Of a stretch of DNA of 64,000 nt, positions 57,986 to 64,000 are shown piece after piece. Under the pieces are notes generated by a model, which worked only from the letters and a program-made list of their open reading frames with translations, made no database searches and was not told the origin of the DNA. Within the stretch, counting starts at the first letter, position 1. Every line of letters starts with the position of its first letter. Made by a program: the position numbers and the translations under genes. This DNA comes from an uncultured Alphaproteobacteria bacterium (GTDB lineage: Bacteria; Pseudomonadota; Alphaproteobacteria; CAAHEQ01; UBA3637), in assembly GCA_944393195.1 (NCBI GenBank), contig CALXZG010000001.1, positions 68,921 through 132,920 on the forward strand. Direction: 5' to 3'.

Positions 57986-60322
57986 ATGAAAACTTTGCTG
58001 AAAATCGTTTTGATTTTTATTACATTGCTGGTATTGGCTGTTGCCATATTCTTTCTGACCTTTGATTTGAATATGTATAAAGGCATGATTACCGAAGCTG
58101 CCTCTAAGGCTATCGGACGCGACGTTAAAATTGATTCATTGGAAATGAAGTTGTCCTTGATTCCGACTATTAAGATTCACGGCGTTCAAATCGCCAATCC
58201 GGACGGTTTTGCTTCCGATAAACCGTTCCTGATGACCGATTCGATTGAGGCGACCTTGGCCGTTATGCCGTTGTTTTCTCATCGGATAGAGGTGCGTGAT
58301 TTCGCCTTAGGTACGGTTGGCTTGACATTAATTGATACCGGTAAGGGGCAAAATAATTGGACGTTTGGGACGCCTGCCTCCGCTACGACTTCTGCTTCCG
58401 TAGCCACCGACGCACCGGTCAAAGCCAATGTTGTTCGCTCTAAATCGAATCCGGCCGATGATTGGTTAAAGCAAATGCGTATTGATAATGTGTTTGCCAA
58501 AAATATTTCCGTTGTTTATGTTCAAGGCGATCATCGTCAATCGGTTTCGGTTTCCGATTTTTCCTTAAAACAATTAAAAGCTTTTTCATTGACAACGGTC
58601 TATGACGGCATTTCTATGAAAATTTCCGGTTCGTTGAATAATATCCTTGATTTGCTGGAACAAAAACCGGACTATGCTTTTAATTTAGAGGTTCAGGCTG
58701 TCGGGGCAACGGCTAAATTATCCGCGAATATCGGTAACATTAAGGATTTCAGTGACATTCTTCTGAATGTGGATGTATCCGGTAATAACCTGCGCCAAAC
58801 ATTAACACAGCTTAAATTAAATAACAAAACCATTCCGGCACAGGCCTTTTCCGGTAAAGCAATACTTCAAGGCGGTCTGTCCGGCTTTCAATTGACCGAT
58901 GCCAGCCTTAGTTTAGGCATAGATAAAGCAACCGCCACCATGATCGGGGATATTACGTTGACCCCGCCGGCGGTTAATTTGCAAGGTAATTTGGCTTTGA
59001 CCGATAAAAATCTGGCGGCCTCTTTTGGCTTAAAACCTGTAACGGCACAGTTTGATCTTGCCGCAACACCGCAAGTAATGACAATTAAGCAAGCAACGGT
59101 TCAGGCTAATCGTTCCCCGATACAGGTGACCGGAACCATAGCTTTGGATACCCCTAAACCGACCTTTGACCTGATGGTTAAATCTGATATTTTGGATATA
59201 CAGGATTTTTGGGCTGAATCCGCCTCTAAAACGGTTTCTTCTCAAACAACCGCTGTACAATCTGAATCGGCGACGGGGCTGATTCCGGATCAAAAAATCG
59301 ATTTGTCGGCCTTAAATGCGTTGAATGCCCGGGTAACATTCGATTTCCCTTACATCCGTGTCAGTAACAGTTTGGCCGGAAATCTCGGCCTGTCGGGTAA
59401 ATTGAACCTGACAGACGGCTTGTTGCGGATTGATCCGTTAGCCATTCGTTTGTTGGATGCCCAAACAACCGGTTCCTTGTCCGTTAATGCGGCGCAACAA
59501 CCCTACCATATTGCGTTAAAACTTAAAGGCGAATCTCTGGATTTGGAAAAATTGGCACCGATTGCCGCGCAGGTGCGGGATGCCACCTTGGATTTTGATG
59601 TCGATTTAACATCCGTCGGATCTTCAACCAAAGCATTGATTGCGGCGTTAAAGGGAAATGTGGTTGTGGAAATGCCGCAAGGCTTAATCGTTAATAAGTG
59701 GTTTAATACGTTGCCTGCCGCTATGGGTGTTGTTCGGCGTAAGAAAAATTCCGTTACGTTTTCCACAACGGATCAGGAAAGCCATATCCTGTGCGGTGCT
59801 GTTAACTTCCGTATTCAAAACGGTTTGATCGAAAGCGATAATAACATCGCGATTGAAACATCAACAATTAACTTTTTGGTTGGTGGGCGTATTGATTTGA
59901 ATACCGAAACAATGGCTTTGACCATGACCCCTTCATTGAATGGTGAACAGGATAACGTTAACGACGTTTTGTCTGCCACCCAATATATTAAAATAAACGG
60001 TACATTCTTGGAACCGACTGCTTCTTTGGATACCAAACGGGTTGTTGATAATGCCGTTCGCGCCGGTTTAACACAATTGGCGAAAAAGGCCGGCCTGAAT
60101 AACACCTCTTCAACGGATGAAGTCGGTGCTTACCAACTGTGTGCCAAAGTCCTTGATCGTCAACCGAAAGGTCAGATCATTGCCGAACGTAAAGCGCAGG
60201 AAAAGAAACAAGTGATTCCGGCCGCAACGCCGGTGCAACAACCGACGCAACAGCCGACTTTGTCGCCCAAGGAACAATTTAAGAATCAATTGTTAAAGTC
60301 TATTACGGACGCTTTACAATAA
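57986..60322 (+). CDS. AsmA-family protein
   Basis: N-terminal TM, FDLN.YK..I.....IGR.V.I, G.NNW, beta-rich body. Confidence 0.8.
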   Translation: MKTLLKIVLIFITLLVLAVAIFFLTFDLNMYKGMITEAASKAIGRDVKIDSLEMKLSLIPTIKIHGVQIANPDGFASDKPFLMTDSIEATLAVMPLFSHRIEVRDFALGTVGLTLIDTGKGQNNWTFGTPASATTSASVATDAPVKANVVRSKSNPADDWLKQMRIDNVFAKNISVVYVQGDHRQSVSVSDFSLKQLKAFSLTTVYDGISMKISGSLNNILDLLEQKPDYAFNLEVQAVGATAKLSANIGNIKDFSDILLNVDVSGNNLRQTLTQLKLNNKTIPAQAFSGKAILQGGLSGFQLTDASLSLGIDKATATMIGDITLTPPAVNLQGNLALTDKNLAASFGLKPVTAQFDLAATPQVMTIKQATVQANRSPIQVTGTIALDTPKPTFDLMVKSDILDIQDFWAESASKTVSSQTTAVQSESATGLIPDQKIDLSALNALNARVTFDFPYIRVSNSLAGNLGLSGKLNLTDGLLRIDPLAIRLLDAQTTGSLSVNAAQQPYHIALKLKGESLDLEKLAPIAAQVRDATLDFDVDLTSVGSSTKALIAALKGNVVVEMPQGLIVNKWFNTLPAAMGVVRRKKNSVTFSTTDQESHILCGAVNFRIQNGLIESDNNIAIETSTINFLVGGRIDLNTETMALTMTPSLNGEQDNVNDVLSATQYIKINGTFLEPTASLDTKRVVDNAVRAGLTQLAKKAGLNNTSSTDEVGAYQLCAKVLDRQPKGQIIAERKAQEKKQVIPAATPVQQPTQQPTLSPKEQFKNQLLKSITDALQ

Positions 60323-60609
60323 TGTTGATACACATCCGTGTTTTCGGTCGTGTCCAAGGTGTCGGCTTCCGCGCTTGGACACGGCGTCAGGCCGAAGCCC
60401 TTAACCTATCCGGTTGGGTTCGCAATCGGATGGACGGAAGTGTTGAGATTATGGCCGAAGGGGATAAAGCGGCCGTGGATTTATTGTTATCCATATGCCG
60501 TAAAGGCCCAAGCTACGCTCGTGTTGATCGGATAATGCCGGTTTCTGTTCCGGATGCGCCCATACCACCCATAGATACCGGCCTGTTTGTCAACCAACCC
60601 ACCGTGTAA
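60322..60609 (+). CDS. acyP: Acylphosphatase
   Basis: [24 protein letters not shown]. Confidence 0.93.
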   Translation: MLIHIRVFGRVQGVGFRAWTRRQAEALNLSGWVRNRMDGSVEIMAEGDKAAVDLLLSICRKGPSYARVDRIMPVSVPDAPIPPIDTGLFVNQPTV

Positions 60610-60640
60610 TGGTGCTTCATTTGATCAAATCTGACTGTCT

Positions 60641-60826
60641 GTCATCCTTGCGCAAGCGAGGATCTTTTGACCACCCCGCCAATCGATAACACGCCGGCCA
60701 CCGCCAGAACGCCTAACATTTCAACCATACTCCGACCCCGTTCGTTGCGGCTATTCCCCGTCATCCCTGCGAAAGCGGGGATCTTTTTGTCTCCCACAGA
60801 TTCTCGGGTCAAGCCCGAGAATGACG
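60641..60826. repeat. Three CGTC-type REP-like palindromes
   Basis: 60641-60664, 60759-60783 and 60799-60826 (gattctcgggtcaagcccgagaatgacg). Confidence 0.85.
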
Positions 60827-60884
60827 GGTTGTTATCATCCCGACACACATTATTTTTCCCGTTTTCTATTTTGATTTCAGTCAT
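60642..60884 (-). pseudogene. Truncated pilin-like gene (leader and hydrophobic helix only)
   Basis: MTE.K..NGK start shared with gene 16359; ERG|RSMVEMLGVLAVAGVLSIGG then runs into a REP and stops. Confidence 0.75.
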
Positions 60885-60901
60885 TTAATATTCCTTTCGA
60901 A

Positions 60902-61053
60902 CTGTAACACAAAAATGTACCCTTTCGTGTTACACTTTGGACAAAAAATGACAAAACGATAACCAATTAATTCTTAATAAAAAAGGACTTGCGTCATATT
61001 CTCAATTATGTTATAAAAACTATAACAATTTAATGTACATTAAATTGTTACAC
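60902..61053 (+). promoter_or_regulatory. Putative invertible promoter C, OFF orientation
   Basis: 34-bp sites at 60902-60935 and 61020-61053; plus-strand TTGCGT-N17-TATAAA (60989-61017) points away from the minus-strand gene at 60884. Confidence 0.8.
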
Positions 61054-61093
61054 TTCATCTTAAAAAGAACTTGTTTTTGGAATATTAAATATG

Positions 61094-61128
61094 AAAAATG
61101 CCCGTTATCAAACGGGCATGTGTTTTTG
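61094..61128. terminator. Terminator downstream of the outer-membrane protein gene
   Basis: aaaaatgcccgtt-atca-aacgggcat. Confidence 0.75.
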
Positions 61129-61140
61129 ACTCTGTTTCTG

Positions 61141-61707
61141 TTAGAATGTGTATCGAACGCCGACATATCCTTCATGAGATGTCATGTGAATCTTGGGTAA
61201 ATCAAAGAAAGCCTTTTTACCCCCGTCGACATACCGATATCCGATATCAAAATTGATAGCTTGACTGACCGAAACACTTAATCCGGCACCGGCATTCCAC
61301 GCAAAAGAAGTCCCGTCATCTTGTGTATCGCCACTGCTTCTGTCAATTGATACATCGGTATAGTTGGCCCCGGCCCCGACATTCAGGTACGGCCGAATAA
61401 CACTGTTCAAAGGAACATCATAGTATAATTGCAACATATACCGTTGCTTCAAATAAGAAGCCGACATATACTTCACTTTTGATGAGGAGGAAAACTCGGC
61501 CTCTATGCGTACCTGTCTGGCACGCGCCCCGATAGCAAAAGAATAGAGGAAATCCGTATCCGTTTGCTTTGAATCCGCATATCCGGATGTTTCTGTCGAT
61601 ACACCGGCAACACCGCTGCGAACGGCAATATAGGGACCATTATTAACCCGTGCTGCCGCACCGGTAGATAACATTAAAATTATAAGAGCGATACTTGTTT
61701 TTTTCAT
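61141..61707 (-). CDS. Small outer-membrane beta-barrel protein
   Basis: Signal peptide, PYLNVGAG, FAWNAGAG, DIGYRY, terminal GVRYTF. Confidence 0.88.
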   Translation of the reverse strand: MKKTSIALIILMLSTGAAARVNNGPYIAVRSGVAGVSTETSGYADSKQTDTDFLYSFAIGARARQVRIEAEFSSSSKVKYMSASYLKQRYMLQLYYDVPLNSVIRPYLNVGAGANYTDVSIDRSSGDTQDDGTSFAWNAGAGLSVSVSQAINFDIGYRYVDGGKKAFFDLPKIHMTSHEGYVGVRYTF

Positions 61708-61807
61708 AGAGCTTCCTTTCATCATATATCGCAGTATACATATTCTTATATGAAAAGACAAGAAAAAAATCCCGAACTAACGTCCGGGATTGAAAAAAAG
61801 AAGCACT

Positions 61808-63712
61808 TTATTCTGCCGATTGTAAATAAACGGCAAAAGCCTTATCAATGACTTTTTGGTTGACTTGAACCCCGATTTGTTCCGCATAAGCGGCAATAAC
61901 ATCGGCCATTAAATCATCCCCGACTTGCCCTTGTAATTCGGCTCTGGCGGCGGCAACGGCTTCATCGTTCTTTGTTTCATCGGGATACGAAATGCGCTCT
62001 GTAACCGCAATTAAGTGTCCGTTTCTGGTCGGAATAACGGTGGCATTTTCAATTCCCGCTTTTTGGGCAAAAACCGCCTCAACCGCTTCAACCGGTAAAT
62101 CTTGCGGATTGTTGCGCATGATACCCGTCGCACGAATGACATCAAAATCCCCAAACGCCGTTTTTCCGGTAATGGCATGACCCGCTTGCACATCGGCCAA
62201 TAAAGCCTCCGTTACCGTTTCGGCTTTTTCTTTTTGCCGTTCGGCCGTCCATATCCGAACAACTTCATCCCGCACATCCGCAAAATCTTTTTGATGAACC
62301 GGCGTAATTTCATTGACCTGAGCCACTAAATACCCCGTTCCGTTTTCAAACATAGGTGTCGTATCCCCTTTTTGTAACGTGAAGATATTTTGCAACATTT
62401 CATGGTTATTTAAACTGTCATCCAACGTATCACCCGTCGCCAATTGTCCGGCAATGTCCGTTTTTTCAATGCTGAGTATCGGCAGTTTCAATTGTTCGGC
62501 CGCCGTTTCCAAAGTTGCCCCGGTTCCTAAAATGTCTTCCACTTCTTTGACCGTTTCATACATCGTGTCATATGTTTTGTTTAAAGCCAGTTGCTCCTTG
62601 ATCTTTCCACGAATCACATCATCGCTCGGCGTTTGACTCGCTTGAATGTCGCGAACCAACATCACATGATATCCGACCGGACTGTTGATCGGTCCGACAA
62701 TCGCCCCTTTCTTTGCCCCGAAAACCGGACCCGCCATTTCCTCTAATAATTCGTTTTGCGCCACAAACCCGAAATCGGTTTGATCCGGTGTTTGATTTAA
62801 TTTTTCTTCGGCGCGGGCGTTAAAATTTTCCGCCGTTAATCCGACCATCGCCTCTTTTGCGGCCTCTTCCGTTTCAAAGCGCATCTGACTGACCGCTCTT
62901 TTTTCCGGTACAACATATTGTTCTTTTTGCGCTGCAAAAGCTTCCTCAATCTCTTCATCACTTAACACAACCCGTGAAGCCATTAAATCGGGCGTTAACC
63001 GAATCACGCTGAAAGCCCGATATTCCGGTGCCATAAATTGATCGGCATAAGCTTCATAATATTCCTTTAATTCACTGTCTGTCGGTTGCGCATCTAATTT
63101 GATCTTGGACGTATCAACCGCAATCGCCGCCACATCCCGCGCTTCGTTTTGATACCGATACACAATGTTTGTCAAACTCTGTGGCGCGTAGGCAATTCCT
63201 TTTAAAGCATACCCTAAATGTTGCATGGACAATTCATCCTGCAATTTATCGGCCATTTGTTTTTCGGTCATTTTTTGTTGTTGTAAATAGGCATAAAATA
63301 AATTTTTATCGAATTGCCCTAATGCGTCGGCAAAAGCCGGATGATGTTCCACGTATTTTTGAACGGCTGCGTTGGAAGCCGTTAAGCCTAAATCTTCTTT
63401 AACCTGATCATTTAATAACAAAGCCACCTGTTGTTGAACAACTTGATTGCCAAGCCCCATTTGCATCGCTTTTCGCGGGGAAATATACTGCCCGCCCAAC
63501 ATTTGTGTCAAATTCCGGTGCTCGCGGTTAAACGCATTTAATAACTCGTTCGCGGATACCGCCCGTTTCCCGACGACAATCGCATCTTCCGTGTATTGAT
63601 TGTTGTTGGATAAACCGCCCAATCCCCAAAAAGCGACCATGCTTAATGCCAAAGCCGTAAAAATCCCTTTGGCGACCCAGCTGTTTCCTAAGTTATTAAA
63701 AAATATCATCAT
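61808..63712 (-). CDS. PpiD/SurA-N domain periplasmic chaperone (peptidyl-prolyl isomerase family)
   Basis: N-terminal TM, F.D..GQFD...F, F..PEYR, GPINSPVGYHV rotamase motif. Confidence 0.85.
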   Translation of the reverse strand: MMIFFNNLGNSWVAKGIFTALALSMVAFWGLGGLSNNNQYTEDAIVVGKRAVSANELLNAFNREHRNLTQMLGGQYISPRKAMQMGLGNQVVQQQVALLLNDQVKEDLGLTASNAAVQKYVEHHPAFADALGQFDKNLFYAYLQQQKMTEKQMADKLQDELSMQHLGYALKGIAYAPQSLTNIVYRYQNEARDVAAIAVDTSKIKLDAQPTDSELKEYYEAYADQFMAPEYRAFSVIRLTPDLMASRVVLSDEEIEEAFAAQKEQYVVPEKRAVSQMRFETEEAAKEAMVGLTAENFNARAEEKLNQTPDQTDFGFVAQNELLEEMAGPVFGAKKGAIVGPINSPVGYHVMLVRDIQASQTPSDDVIRGKIKEQLALNKTYDTMYETVKEVEDILGTGATLETAAEQLKLPILSIEKTDIAGQLATGDTLDDSLNNHEMLQNIFTLQKGDTTPMFENGTGYLVAQVNEITPVHQKDFADVRDEVVRIWTAERQKEKAETVTEALLADVQAGHAITGKTAFGDFDVIRATGIMRNNPQDLPVEAVEAVFAQKAGIENATVIPTRNGHLIAVTERISYPDETKNDEAVAAARAELQGQVGDDLMADVIAAYAEQIGVQVNQKVIDKAFAVYLQSAE

Positions 63713-63786
63713 GACTTTTGTTTCCTTTTACTGCGCGTGAATGGTTTTATATATACGCCGAATCCCGCTTTTTGACAAGTCCTTTT

Positions 63787-63999
63787 TTACTTTTGATGCA
63801 TTTTGGCCTGTAATAGCCCAATAGCTTCTTCCAATGAGGGGACTTTCTCCTTTTCTCTGACCGAAGCCATCATCTTACCGCATTTGACATACGGCCCGTA
63901 GCGTCCGATTTGATACGTGACATCGTCCGCATTCCATTTACCAAGTTTAACCACCTTCGTTTTTTCTTTGGCCTGACTCAATAAAGCCAAAGCCCGATT
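63787..63999 (-). CDS. topA: DNA topoisomerase I C-terminal repeat (partial; gene continues beyond window)
   Basis: GRYGPYVK and SLEEAIGLL topoisomerase C-terminal repeat. Confidence 0.75.
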   Translation of the reverse strand, partial: NRALALLSQAKEKTKVVKLGKWNADDVTYQIGRYGPYVKCGKMMASVREKEKVPSLEEAIGLLQAKMHQK

Positions 64000-64000
64000 C

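Noticed and set aside
61020-61053. dif site (TAATGTACATTA resembles the E. coli dif centre TAATGTATATTA)
   Set aside because: No XerD-type TTATGTTAAAT arm, and the motif occurs six times in pairs in front of one gene family.

Overview
Chromosomal segment of an Alphaproteobacterium, probably a host- or gut-associated fermentative lineage (inferred from gene content and order). Most of it is housekeeping: rnj, smpB, prmA, yacG-rng-maf-dksA, rpsF-rpsR-rplI, xerC/priA, pyrG, pyk, a suf operon, lysS, hprK-EIIA-HPr, psd-pssA, rnd-kdsD-lptC/A-lptB, pfkA, rarA and topA, plus four tRNAs. It also carries a surface-glycan locus (glf, LicD, LicC-like, SHMT-fold enzyme) and an orphan tail-fibre-like gene pair. 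The main signal is a family of type IV pilin-like genes (G|R/K-S/T-M-V-E motif), two of them with large Cys-rich domains. Three of these genes (13492, 16359, 60884) sit exactly 17 nt downstream of a 118-143 bp segment bounded by 34-bp palindromic sites (TRTAACA-N18-TGTTAYA), and each segment contains a sigma70-like promoter. That promoter faces the gene at one locus (ON) and faces away at the other two (OFF). Inverting an OFF segment in silico at the central dinucleotide regenerates the ON-type sites. This looks like a multi-locus invertible-promoter (phase variation) system for variant surface proteins. CGTC-type REP palindromes cluster at the same loci and are inserted in-frame in the pilin leader peptides. 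Novelty, actual inversion and the identity of the recombinase cannot be established from this window alone.
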